Assembly: GCA_036172245.1 (NCBI GenBank)
Contig: JAYWIR010000002.1
Location: forward strand, 372,001-436,000
Direction: 5' to 3'
DNA from: Raillietiella orientalis
Lineage: Eukaryota
Length of the DNA stretch: 64,000 bases
Shown here one piece after another: positions 49,607 through 62,415 of this stretch. Both the position numbers and the translations under genes were made by a program. Below the pieces are notes generated by a model, which did not search any database, was not told the origin of the DNA, and saw only the letters and a program-made list of their open reading frames with translations. Each line of letters begins with the position of its first letter. Position 1 is the stretch's first letter.

Positions 49607-52600
49607 AATAAAAATATATATTTATTTTTTATGATCTTTCGGGATTTTGAGCCATGCCCAATTTTCTTAAAGCAAACTGCAGAAAGTTGATGACTTTTTT
49701 TTGCGTACCTATTGATGAATAAGTACATGAATAAAGAATGGATAAATACATGAATAAATGAATAAATACGCAATGAGTTATTTGCATTCGTCCACATGCA
49801 CGTATCCTTGTTTTGCTTTAAGATTGAGAGTTGCCAAACGTTGATTTGAGCACAGCATCCAGCCACTCAGCATCAACTGTGGCTGAATCATGCGATCTTC
49901 GGATCGCAGGAATCGAATAAAACAGTCGTTTTATCCTGTTTTCCCTTTGCTCCTGTCTTCGGATGGTACATTCTGCAGTACCACTATGTACATCTCTTAG
50001 ACGCCGAGGGTGAATGCTGTTAAAGGCCAAGGAAACGCTCTGACTGCGGGGTGCTCTCTGTTTTAGTGAAGGTTCAGGGATTTCGTGGTTCTTCCACTTC
50101 TTATGGCAAGTGATCTCCGGTGGACCCCACGGAGCGTGCAGGTGGTTGTCGCCATCGATTCTATAAAGCGCACTTCTTCCTAAATAACTGTTCGGCCACT
50201 CAGGCAAAGGCATGACCACGCCGACTTTCGCACGGTGAACGCGATCGTGGGCGCATGGACAAATCGTTCACTCCGATGTGTGCTAATCTTCGTTTCTTTC
50301 TGTCTGCGGTTCCCCGGCTGGGCAACGGATCGTCGCATCACTTTTGGTTTTCGCGTTTCGGAGCACCTTGAGAACACGTGGACCAAGGTCCGGGTTTTCT
50401 TCGCCTGCACAAAAATCTGTAGGCGCAAAGTTCTTCGTCTTGACGAGGACGCGGACTCCTTGGAGACAAAGGCGAAGCGAGGCTGCCTGTCTCGCTCCTG
50501 GGGAACTGACCGTACGGTTGCTGTTTCTGTTAGCTTCTGGTCCGCCACATGCTGAAATCGCCCCTGCGTTCTTCCTTGCCCTTTCGTGTTGTTGGCGATT
50601 TCCGATAACCGGCGCCGCCGCATGGCAGGCCCTTTTGCTCTGCTTGGGGGATGCCGTTGTGTGGTAACTTTCTCTTTTGGCTGTCGTTTCGCGGGCTGCC
50701 GCCGTGCGTCTGGGATTTCGCTTCGGGCTGGCTCATCTTTTGGCAGAATGAGATCGGAAGCTTCAGTACACTCTCCTAGTCACGTGTTGAGCATACCTGT
50801 TTTTGGTACTCCTATACAAAGATGCAAAGCACGAAGGAGTGCTTTCCCTTCTCTCTCTCGCAAATGTTCCGTTGTTTCTTCCAAGACTGCCTCCCACAGC
50901 TCCGTGTTGCTTGTCTCGTTTGCTTCGCTTCGCATTGGTCCCTTCGGCTCGTCACCTCTTTCTCGAGCTGCAAGAAAAGCGTACGAGCGGCCTCCGTATC
51001 GATCCTATTCTTCTGACTGGACCCCCCAAAACCGACGCACTCGTCGTGTCGTATTCGTGAAGCACGTGCTCTCCTCCCTGCTGTCCCATCTCCCGAACCT
51101 GTCGCACTTTTTCTCCACGACGGCACCCGAAGTGTGCGCAAAACAGCCAAGGTGCGCGGGTCCGTTGCTAAACACTTGTCCCGTTCGACAGCATTTCCGA
51201 ATGAGACAGGAAATTGCTCATGGATGGTGAGGGGGGCTCTGATGGACACGGTTGGCGATTCCCGCATCTCCGAGATCATCCACTTTTTCGGGCGCTTGTG
51301 TTACAGAGGAAAAACTCGCTCGGATTCCACCAGAACGGCTGCTTGACCTGTGTGGGGACGCATGCAGTCCTTTGTGGATACTGCCCATCCAAGCGGCGGA
51401 TGAATGCGATCTCTTCATCAGATCGTCATTCTTGTATCCCCTCGCAACTGGGAGTAAGGAGGCGTTATCCCAGGGACGCCATCATCCATCGTCCAGGGTG
51501 GCAGTCGCGCCGAATGCCGTCTCAATCACACTTCGCCATAGCAACTGAGAATGGTTGCTCATCAGAACGGAGATGCGAGATTTCTGGTTCCTGACCTGTA
51601 ACATAACAAGTGTTTCAAGAACAGCACAAGGAAGAAGCGCGAGGAAAATCTTATCGGCGGCCTCTCCTGAGAACGGTGGCCAGCAGCAGATCGATGCTGC
51701 AATTTCGTAGTTCCGGAAAAGTTTCCAGTTTGTCGGGTTCCCGTAATAATCACGAAAGCCGTGGGCAAATGACCCGACACGCACGTGCTGGAACAATTTC
51801 TTTGAACAAACAAACAAACAAAAACGCAGGAGATTTAACGGAATACGTGAGTTGCTCGTCTCGGCGGTCGGCTCTCCTCGGTGAGGATCAGCTGGCCGTC
51901 CACTTCATGGATGACGGGGATGACGTTCGGTTTATCTTCCCAGAGAGAGGAGAAAACGAACGTCTCGTCGCAGATGATTCAGGACCTAAGACACATGACT
52001 GAAACGTCAAAATCTTTCCAACACGCGAGAAATTCTTAGGCGTACAATGTTTGTATAGGGGCGAACGGAAGTTTCTAGATAGCCACATGCTACGCCTTTC
52101 GTACTACTGGAGTTTAATTCGTTAGATAATATCAGTTCCTTGAAGTCTTGTGCTGCGAATAGAAATTCACAACAGTAATAGAATGCAAAAAAAAAGGCAG
52201 GAAAAAAATAAATCACGTTCAATGTAAGGTTTCTTCAGCATCTGGGTAACGAACAACAGCATCCAAAGTAGCCGAGCAGTACCGTGGTTTATGTGCTGTT
52301 CCCTGAGAGTTTTCCTAGAAGGCGAGTTCGTAGAATCTGCTAGCTGCAGAAAACTCACAAGATGCTAGAACCCTGTGCAGGCACTCCACGCAAGTTAGCA
52401 GCAAAGTAGCTTTTGCGGGAGTCGGAATTTTTGTGTGAGGCGCCGCAGAGCCGCCCCAGGAGCTACTGGCGTCACTGGAGCAATGGGAACAAGTGACTAG
52501 CGAACGGTCACGAGATTTCGGAAGGGTTCTGCTCGTCACGGGAAAAGATGCTGAAATCTGTGTGCGAGGCAACCGGTCAGCGAAGGAGCCAGCCCGTTTC

Positions 52601-55600
52601 ATCTGGTTTTGTTCGTCTGCTGCAGGGAAAAGCACGCAACCCTGCGAGGAGGTTTTTCCTGCAGTCCGCCTTCGTTTTCCAACTTTCATCGAGCGTTAAC
52701 AAGCGAATTCCCCATTCCCAGTGATCAGGAACGCGCACGAGGGTTTTCCCACAATTGGATTTTCCACAATTTTCCCATAACTCCAGAATATCTATGCTTC
52801 TCCGCCTCTTGTGTAATCCTTAATCCAGCGTGTTTACTTCCACTCATAACGGTGTTTTTTTTTTGTTTTTTTTTTAAAAAAAAAAACTTCTGGCACGACA
52901 CTTGCATCGAACAAGCCTCATCTGTAGGTCGTTTTCTGGCTTCTTTCTTGAAAGATGGTGGCTGTGCATGAATTCCCCGCTTCGACGCTCTTGCCGACAG
53001 GCGTGAATTCTTCTTTACCATAGGAATGCCCCCTGTGCTTACAGGGCAGGAGCATGCGAAAGCTTGATCTTGTGATCAAAACGTCAAAGCAGCTTCCTTC
53101 TTTGTTCCGATGTCTTCTACTGCAACTCTTCGCAGCAACTTCGTGCGTGTAACCAACGGGTTACCGCTGCGCTCCTCATGGTTGAAAACGTGTCGCCGCT
53201 GTGCATATGTTAAGCAGTTGAAACGCGAAAGCAATTGCGGTTGCCACAGATAGCAGCATGCTGCATGGTTCATTGGGACGCTGAACCTTCGACGCTTCAT
53301 CCTTGCATTGAATCCGCTCTCATCCGTGTGCGCAAGCAGTTCTTTCGCTTCCTGGGATTGGCATGTTTCGTCCGTGGTCGGCGTGGTCGACTATGAGTTT
53401 CTCCCTGTCTAGCATTTTTCAATGATTCCACCGTCAGCAAATTTTGGTACCCGGCAGTCATTTAGAGCCATGCGAAGATCGCATGGCTCTAAGCGATTTC
53501 ACGTCATTGGACTTGGCTGGAAAGGCCCTTCGTTCGTCGAATATATTCTCACCTATAAGTCATCGACCATCCAAGCACCACCAAAACGTATTCCCGCGAG
53601 CACATGCGTTGTAATAAACACCCTCCCCCCTCCCCCAATCTAATCCATCCATGCTTGTAATCCCTCAAGCAGCGATCCCCCTCGTGTAATCCCTTACAAC
53701 CGCACATTCGAAATCATCATTCCAATCCACATCCACAAGAGACCAAAGGTCACCCTGTGATGCAGCAGTGAGCCTTGAAACTCCTGATTTTCGTTATGCT
53801 CATTACCCCCACCACTTCATTGCAAAGCAGTAATATTTCATTGTTATCCACTATACACTCGTCGAACCATGTACTATCAGCTTCACTGTATATGTTCTGT
53901 ACAGTACAGTTTTCGCATTCATCGTCGCAGTTGTTCCGAAATCTCGAATCCCAGATTTCACCGATTGGCACACAGCATCCTAGAGACACTCTCTTGAGCA
54001 GAATCGACCGTGTCTCTTTTTGTAGACTTTTGGAATCGGCCAATCTGGTGCGAACGGAGATGAGTAGGTGAAAGAGTTTTTTTTTTCTCGAAACGGATTC
54101 TAACCAGGACGCATGCGTAAAGCAGGAAGACGAGAAATGCATGCTGGTAGTCCGTCGGACTGAACTCTGCGTGTTGATCGCACATTTCGTGCCGAACTTT
54201 GTCGCATCTCCCGGCTTCTCGAGTGCTCCTTCAGCGGAAGTGGTATGGCTTGCGGCCCTTCGCCGGCGCTTAAAGAGACGTGGAAGTTTGGGATTCGCAG
54301 GTCCCCTTGTTGGGAGGAGAATGAGGGTGTGCGCGCACCTTTTTTCCCCTGAATAGTGGCGATGTCCACGAGGAGGGATCAGCATTTCCTAGACTTGCGG
54401 CACGTCTTCTTGATTCGAAGGCTTCTGTCATCGCTGAAACGAGAGCAGCAGTGCTGCATGTTGGGAGGCTGCTTTATCTTGAGGCAGCTTTTGCTGGCCC
54501 ATGAACAGTCTCCCCTCACATGGTCCGAGGGCATCGTGGCCATTCCGAAACAGTCCGGTACCTGCAAATTCAGGGGCTTTTCTTATTTTCCTCTCCGTGT
54601 GGTGACAGCGTTTCCGTTTAAGGGATGCCGTATGTTCACAACATGGTAGTAAAGCGAAATAAATTGCCTGAGAACATAAATTTATGTGTGTTCTTTGGGT
54701 TGGGAGTGGGTGGGGAAGCGAAACTTTAGGTACCCCGGCTTTAGGTGACTCACTCTCGTATTACAATAAGCTGTAGGAAATGCGCGAGGGACAAAGCTGA
54801 CCTCGACCAATTCCAGCGTCATGGGATTCGGTTGCAAGGAAATTAATGGAAACGTAGCTTTGCGTCTTCCACGGAAATCTTCTCTGCGTGCGGATGTATT
54901 CCCAGCTGCTGGTGCCCAGCGCTTCTCCTCCGATGCTGAGATGCGACCTTCGCTGCTTCCGAAGAAGGGTGTCTGCGAGTTTGAAAAGACACGCCCTAGT
55001 GAACAGGGAGAGAGCATCCTGACATCAGTGTGCGCGATCAGCAGGGTGCCCAGCAATGCAATCCGAAAATGCAGGGTGAGCGGCTTCAAACCTGCTCTCC
55101 TCAAGCGCGGCTTTGTGGAGAAACTCGGCGAGTCGGTTTTAGGTCGCTCACCCTGTACCGGTAGGGTCCCATGAAAGAGTCTGGATTGTTGCGAACCTCG
55201 TGAATGGACCATCATCATCATTGCGATGATTTGGAAGTGAGCCCTGCACTCGCTCTTGCAAACTGCTTGTCTCCCCAGCAGCGTTGCCAAGGGGCAGCCG
55301 CGGACCCATAGCTCGTCGCCTTTCCTACTTGCCGCTGCCGCGGACGGCACGCCCCATCTCTCAGATTTGAACCCTATTCCAGGAAAGGTTCTGCATCGTG
55401 TCCCACCTGGAAGACAGGAAGAAGTGCTTCTGGTGCGATGCGTCCTCAGACAAGGGGAAGTACAACCACAAGATCGGCAACATCGTTTCAAGGACCAAAC
55501 CCATGTAAGTGCGGCCTCCTTTCCTTGGTGAGTGCGGGCACCTCCGCTTCTGGTAAGCACGCGCGAGGCGACCTGGTGGCAGTCGGCGAACGGAGTGGAA

Positions 55601-58600
55601 AATGTGAGCATCCGCCTGGACCTCGAGGCGGAGTTCCATCTCACCCACCTGATCATCACCTTCAAGACGTTCCGCCCTGCGGCCATGTTGATCGAGAGAT
55701 CGTACGATTTCGGGCACACGTGGAAGGTACGTCATCGGGCCGGCAGCGGCAATCGCACCCCGGGCATGGCCGGCAGGTCTACCGTTACTTCGCCCACAAC
55801 TGCGGGAGTTCGTTTCCCGGCATCCCGACGCATCCGCCCACGAAGATAACGGACGTGATATGCGAGTCGCAGTATTCCAACGTGGCCCCATCGACCGAAG
55901 GAGAGGTACTGACCTCGCACGGGGGTTGTCGGCATCCCCGCGTCGTCGCCCCCCCTCCTCCCCGTCTGCTAGGTGATCTTTCGCGTGCTGACCCCGAACC
56001 TCCCAGTGTACGATCCCTACTCGGACGAGGTCCAGAACCTGCTGAAGGTGACCAACCTGCGCATCAACTTCACCAAGCTGCACACGCTCGGAGACGATCT
56101 GCTGGACAACCGGCAGGAAATCAAGGTACGCGGTCTCGTGGGGCCGGTCGAAAGCGGAAGAGGGAAGGGAGGGGCAGAAGAACACTTTGTGCTCTCAACG
56201 ATTGATCCCTAGGAGAAGTACTACTACGCGATTTACAATATGGTGGTCCGTGGCTCTTGTTCCTGCTACGGACATGCTTCGAGGTGCCTACCTCTTTCGG
56301 AGGACGTGAGCCCGCGTCCCGACATGGTGCACGGACGTTGCGAATGCACACACAACACCAAGGGCTTCAACTGCGAGCAGTGCAGAGACTTCTTCAATGA
56401 CCTCCCTTGGAGGCCTGCCATAGGTCGGCAGACCAACGAGTGTCAAAGTAAGCTTGTCTTGTTGCTGTTTCTTCTGCCCCGTCCGTTTTTCACTTTCCTC
56501 CTCTTCCATCTCCTTGCGTCTTCATCCTTCCTCTCCGCCTCCGTCAATGCTGGATTTCCTCACCAGGCAACCGTCCCCGGTCCACTTCCCCCCTCCTCCC
56601 TTCCTTTCTCACGACGATCGTCCTTTCAGAGTGCAACTGCAACAACCACGCCGACAGCTGCCATTTCGACTCCGCCGTGTACGAGGCGACCGGACGGGTC
56701 AGCGGCGGAATCTGCGACGGTTGCCAGCACAACACGATGGGGCGCAACTGTGAGCAGTGCAAGCCTTTCTTCTACAGGAACCGCGACCTCCCACTCGACC
56801 ACGTCCACGTGTGCGCAGGTGACAGCTCGCCTTCTCCCTTCCCTTTCCCTCACGATTCGTGAAGTTCAGCTTGCGACTGCGACCCGAGGGGTTCCCTGGG
56901 CAACGGCATCTGCGACGCGATCGACGACCCTTCGAACGGCCTCATGGCAGGGCAGTGCCACTGCAAGCGGAACATCGGCGGCCCCAGGTGCGACTCCTGC
57001 CTCCCAGGCTTCTTTAACTTCAATGAGGAGAATCCGGACGGCTGCGAACGTAAGGAGCAAGGGAAGATGAACCCGCTCGGGAAGGGTTATCTTTCTCCCC
57101 TCTCCTTCTTGCGGATCCAGCGTGCATCTGCAATTCTCTCGGGACGAACCCGGGGCAGGGATGCGACTCCTGGACCGGCGAGTGCATCTGCAAGCCCTTC
57201 GTCACCGGGCGAGACTGTAGCCGGTGCTTGCCTCAGCACTACGGCCTGTCTTCTGACAAGGATGGCTGCAAGCCATGCGACTGCGACCTGGGAGGCTCGT
57301 ACGGGAACGACTGCGACGTCGTCACCGGCCAGTGCCGGTGCCGCTCGCACGTGACCGGGCGTCGCTGTGACAAGCCCAGCCAGGGGTACTTCGCCGGCGC
57401 CCTCGACTACCTGATCTACGAAGCGGAGCTGGCGCGGTCGAGTCCTGTGAGTCCTCTTCCTCCCTCCCTCCCTCCCCTGTGATCCACTCCGACTGCACAT
57501 GCCCCCCTTTCTCTCCCCTCAGGACAGCCAGCTCGTAATCCGCGAACCGTACCAGGACGGGAGGGAGACCACTTGGACGGGCCTGGGTTTCCAGAGGATC
57601 CACCCGGGTTCCTGGCTGGAGTTCGACATCGACGAGATCTTCCAGACCATGGACTACGACGTCGTGCTGCGGTACAGCCCCACCAGAGGCACATCGTTCC
57701 CCAACACGCGCGTGACCCTGCAGCGCAAGCAACTGCCCACTCCCGGAGGCTTGTGCGCCCAGAGCGACGACAGCCACCGTTACATCACCTTGCATTCTGG
57801 TTCGTACTCACACGAGGGGCGAGGAAGGGGAGGGGAAGAGGGTCTCGATCTCCACCTTTCTCACCCAGACGGGTACTACGCCGTCGCCGAGTCGCCCCTG
57901 TGCCTAGAAGAAGGCCACCAGTACAAGATCCGCGTGGACTTCCGCGAATTTCACAGCCCCGACGAGACTAAGCCGTCCTCTCCCAAGGCGTCCGTCCTTA
58001 TTGATTCGGTGGTCCTCGTCCCGAAGCTCAAGGATGCCCCCGTCTTCCCCGCAACCAACCTGCAGGAGCGGGAGGAGTTCGACAGGTACCGCTGCAGCGA
58101 ACTCTACTTCGGCCTGCCGAGCAACCACGCCATTCCGGAGGTGTGCCAGAAGTACCTGCACAGCATAGGATTCTACGTGTACGGGGAAGGCAAAGGTAAG
58201 GCGTCCGTGGGGCGCGCGTTCCTCCGCGTCTATGTCCCCCTCCTCTTCCTCCTTCCCGTCCTCTCCCGTTCCAGACTGCGCTTGTGACCCCACCGGCTCC
58301 CTCAGCAGCATCTGCGAAACCTACGGCGGCCAGTGCCCGTGCAAGCCGCACGTCTCCGGCCGGCGCTGCGACCGCTGCGATCCGGGCACCTACGGTTTCG
58401 GACCGCAAGGATGCGTCCCCTGCGACTGCAACCCCGTCGGCTCCTTGGATAACCTCTGTGACGCGCAGACGGGCCAGTGTCGCTGCCGGACCAACCGCAA
58501 CACCTACGGGCGCCAGTGCGACCACTGCCAGCCCGGGTTCTGGGACTTCCCCACGTGCAGGCGCTGCGAGTGCCACGGACACGCAGATTCCTGTGAGCCC

Positions 58601-61600
58601 ACCACGGGGAGCTGTCTCCTCTGCCGGGATGCGACCTCGGGCGAGCACTGCGACGTCTGCCTGGACGGATACTACGGGGACCCGCGCCTGGGAGTGGACA
58701 TCCCCTGCCGCCATTGCCCCTGCCCGGGGACAATGGATTCGGGGCACTCCTTCGCGACCCAGTGCGCCCTGAACCCCTTGACCCAAGGGGTCGTCTGTCA
58801 GTGCGTCGTCGGTTACGCCGGAGACCGCTGTCAACTGTGCGCTGACAACTACTACGGCAACCCAGAGCAGCCAGGGGGTTCCTGCCGCTCCTGCGACTGC
58901 AACAACAACATTGACCTTTCGTCTCCGGGCAACTGCGACCCTCACACGGGCGCCTGCTTGCGCTGTCTGTACAATACAGAGGGCCCCCACTGCGACCAAT
59001 GCAGGGACGGCTACTACGGAGACCCCATCAACCAGGGTTGCATCCGTAAGTAGGGAGATCTCATCCCCCCGTGGCTCGACCGTTCCCCCGATCTCCAGAA
59101 TGTGTATGCAACTTGCTGGGCACCGACGACAAGAAGGGACCGTGCGACAAGCTGACTGGGCAATGTCCCTGCCAACCCAACGTTATGGGCGTGGAGTGCG
59201 ACCACTGCGCAGAGAACCACTGGAAGCTGGCCAGCGGGGAAGGCTGCGAGGCCTGTGATTGCGACCCTGTGGGGTCGCAGTCAGATTCATGCAACGAGGT
59301 ACCTCCCTCTCCCTTTTTTTTTCCTCCTCCTCCCCTCCTCTTCGTTCCCAAAAACCGATTTAAAACGTTGCCTTCCCTTCTCTTTCTCTGTTGCTTTTAG
59401 TACGACGGGCAGTGCAGCTGCCTTCCCGGGTTCGGAGGACGCAAGTGCGACGAGTGCCTGGCGCGGCACTGGGGCGATCCCAGAATCGAGTGCTTCCGTG
59501 AGTTGCTCTCTCCTCCTCGCCCCCTTCCCCTTCCGCGTCTGGCACACGGTCCCCCACTAGCCGGGGAGGGGAAGGAACGCATCCGCGGAACTGGCGATGC
59601 TTTTCAGCCTGCCAATGCGACGCGGAAGGCTCCGATTCACTGCAGTGCGACAGGAACACGGGGAACTGCCCGTGCCTTACCGGGATCGGCGGAGCGAGGT
59701 GCGACCAGTGCGCCCGAGGGTACGAAGGAGAGGCCCCCTACTGCCAGAAGTGCCCCGAGTGTTTCTGGAACTGGGACCGCATCCTGAACGAGATCAGAGG
59801 TGGGTTCGCGCGCTCTCCGTTCGGCCGGCTCTCACCCCGCAGGCGGACCCGGCGGGACGAGCAGAACGCACGCAGCAGCTAGTGGACAAGGCAGCCCACG
59901 TGCAGCAGGTCGGGGTGACCGGCGGCTACACGGAACAGTTCGACCGGCTGGAGAAGAAGCTGGGCGAGATCGATGCCGTCCTCGGGAACGCCAGCGTCCC
60001 CGAAGACAAGGTGAACGCGGTGGCCGAGACCATCCGGCAGCTGACGTAAGGGGGGGAAGAGAAGGGGTGCGAGAATGGAGGTCATGACCTCGCGTTTTGC
60101 CCAGGGATGAGCTGGAAGACGTGGTTAGCGAGGTCTCCTTCGTTGACAGCACGCTCGCCAACCTCACAGAGAGATCATACCTCGCCAACCTGGCGCTGGA
60201 GGACCTGCGCAACGAGGCCCGGGAGCTGCAGGAAGACGCCAAGAAGCTGAAGGCCAGCGCGGCCAAGCTGCAGGAAGCGAACGTCGAAGGCGCCCTGAAC
60301 CTGACGCGGGAAGCTCGGGGACGCACAGAGGCCGCGCAAAAGCGCGTGGACCTGACGTACAAGACTCTTGGCGACGCGAGCACCCAGCGGTCGCGCGCCC
60401 AGTCGCTCCTGGAGCAGCAGAACCTGGAGACTGACCGGCTGGACCCTGCCCGCATTGAGGACATCAGCGGCAGGTTGGCAGCTATAGAGACTGCCCTCCC
60501 GGACATCAACGAGCTGGTGTGCGACAAACGCGGCAACCCCTGCGACCCCATGTGCGGAGGGGCCGGGTGCAGCCAGTGCGGCGGCCTCTCCTGCAACGAG
60601 GGAGCGGTCACCAGGTCCGCTTCCGCCCTCGACCTCGCCATGGAGGCCAAGGATCTCCTGGAGCAGAAGAGCGCAGCGCTGGACACCAGCCTTCAGGCCA
60701 TGAAGCGCGCCAAGCTGGACGCGGAAGCGGCGGAAAGGACGGTCCAGGAAGCTCTGGGCGCCGCCTTGTCCGTGCACAACGGCTCCGCCCGGCTGCTGGA
60801 GCAAATGCAGAGCACCAACAAGCGGATCGAGGACTTCCTCATTGAGAACCGCGCGTCCCCTGGGGAGATCCGTCGAGTAGCCGAAGAGGTGAGGAGGCAG
60901 GTCGCCTTCTCCCATCCCACACTCCGTTTTTTCCTCACCTCCTTCCCTCTCCTCCTCTAGGTCTTGGGGATGTCCGTGTCCCTGGACGAGAACCAGATTG
61001 CCCAGCTGGCCAAGGAGATCCAGGAAGCGACAGGCGCCATCACCAATATCGACCAGATCCTCCTGGACACGGCGAGCGACCAGAACGAAGCCACCAAGCT
61101 GAAGGCGCGGGCCGAAGAGGCCAAGTGAGTGTACCAGCTTGGGAGGGGGGAAGACCAGGGAGGGTCCTCTGTCGAGCTCCTCGCGTGCCACCCCTCGTTT
61201 TTCCCTTGCAGGAAGTACGCGGAGTCCGTGCTGAACGACACGGAGAGTGTGCTGCTGTCGCTGCAGGAGGCCGACGAGGCACAGCAGGCCGCCCTGATGG
61301 CCACGGAGCGCGCTGGGCAGGACATCCGCGACGCCCACGATTTCCTCTCCAAGGTGAGCGAGGGCGCGGTGCTCCCTCCGCACCCACCTCCCCCCCCCCG
61401 CTACAAGAGAAGTTCACCCTTCCCCCAACGGCGCCTTTCTCTCTCTTCCCCTCCCTCTCTGTCTCTCTCTTGCGGGCGCAAAGGTGGACGTGAAGACCGT
61501 GGACGCGCACGGGACGGCGAACCAATCGTTCGCTAAGCTGGAGCTCTTAGACGACCGCATGCAGGAGCTGCGCAAGCTGAACACCAAGGTGAACAACGAC

Positions 61601-62124
61601 TTGCGAGACGCAGGGAAGCTCGCGAATGAATCGGAAGCCCTGGCGGCCTCCGTCAGGCAGGTACTCGATCTGGCTCCCTTTTCGTGCCCTCCCCTCCATC
61701 GATCTCTCCTCCTCTTCCCCTCCACCTGTGACGCCGACCAGGACGCCGACCGGCTCAAGGAGTACCACGACGACCTGACGACGAAGCTCAGCGGCACAGT
61801 CTTTAACGCGGATGACGTGCAGAGCCGCGCCAGCCGCGTCAAAGAGCGGGCGAGCCAGCTGTCGGCCCGCATCACCTCGGAGATGATCAAACTGGAAGGT
61901 AATAAAGAATAACGGAGGAGCGACGCTGCTCCCGAGCGTGCTGCCACCTCACGAAAGAGGTCTCCTTCCTCTTCCTTCCCCCAGAGATGGAGACGGAGTA
62001 TGTTGACAGGGAACAGAAGCTCCGAAACCTCTCTGACGAACTGCTGCGATTAAACGAGGCGCTGGACAACCATCTGTCGTACATCAGCTTGAAGGCAGAG
62101 TACTACCGCACATGTAACAAGTGA
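41536..62124 (+). CDS. LanB1: Laminin subunit beta (LanB1/LAMB1-like), complete 23-exon gene, 1757 aa
   Basis: Hand-spliced exons: 41536-41575, 42780-42901, 55383-55504, 55558-55726, 55777-55905, 55973-56125, 56213-56447, 56630-56818, 56870-57049, 57121-57446, 57523-57799, 57869-58195, 58275-59045, 59099-59298, 59401-59497, 59608-59799, 59865-60045, 60105-60888, 60961-61124, 61212-61353, 61484-61660, 61742-61898, 61985-62124. All introns are GT-AG with consistent phases; total 5274 nt. Domains: signal peptide; LN domain ([48 protein letters not shown]); LE repeats; LF domain; coiled coil with beta-knob ([25 protein letters not shown]); C-terminus YYRTCNK*. Confidence 0.96.
42780..42901 (+). 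CDS. LanB1: Laminin beta exon 2 (start of LN domain)
   Basis: Encodes [40 protein letters not shown], then AAG|GTAAG donor. Continues in phase 0 into ERFCIVSHL at 55383. Confidence 0.93.
43957..43981. repeat. (GA)n microsatellite
   Basis: Read directly. Confidence 0.9.
46080..47300 (+). mobile_element. 5'-truncated REL-endonuclease non-LTR retrotransposon (Utopia/NeSL-like) in laminin intron 2
   Basis: Frameshifted motifs [100 protein letters not shown]. Confidence 0.88.
49551..49606. repeat. Compound palindromic microsatellite (CA)n(TA)n(TG)n
   Basis: Read directly. Confidence 0.95.
49818..54044 (-). CDS. Putative nested antisense multi-exon gene, unknown product (model incomplete)
   Basis: Candidate exons with splice signals: 54044-53754, 51935-51847 (47-nt intron to 51799), 50967-50797 (36-nt intron to 50760, frame open to 50180), and a terminal exon ending at stop 49818. 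Confidence 0.4.
55383..62124 (+). CDS. LanB1: Laminin beta exons 3-23 (compact GC-rich block, introns 50-182 nt)
   Basis: LN, LE, LF and coiled-coil peptides in ORFs 55532, 55973, 56240, 57228, 57499, 58232, 59071, 60097 and 61484; stop TGA at 62122-62124. Confidence 0.96.
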
Positions 62125-62174
62125 TGACCTCGTGCCAGAGATCCGCTGATCACACTGCCGACTCTTCATTGCCA

Positions 62175-62180
62175 AATAAA
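62175..62180 (+). promoter_or_regulatory. Polyadenylation signal of laminin beta
   Basis: AATAAA about 50 nt after the stop, followed by T- and GT-rich sequence. Confidence 0.7.
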
Positions 62181-62415
62181 GTTTTATGATGGTCGCGCGC
62201 GTGCGTGTGTGGCGACGGGGCCTCCTCTATCCTGTGCAGATGTTGGCGTGCCAGGCCTCCTGCGCGCGCGTGCCGAGGGTCCCGTCTTCTGGTCTTATCC
62301 GTTGAACTCCCCGTGGGGAGACGGTGGTGTCGAGTGCGCACACTGTGGCTCCCAAAGTGCCCTCACGGCGCCGCGCCGGAACTGCAGAGCATGCTAGGAA
62401 GGGCTCTTGGCCTGC

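Noticed and set aside
51530..51566. Hammerhead-like CTGATGA followed by stem GCAAC/GTTGC on minus
   Set aside because: The required GAAA does not follow stem II, and stems I and III were not found.
58028..61383. Long minus-strand ORFs (323, 284 and 402 aa)
   Set aside because: Antisense shadows of GC3-rich laminin exons.
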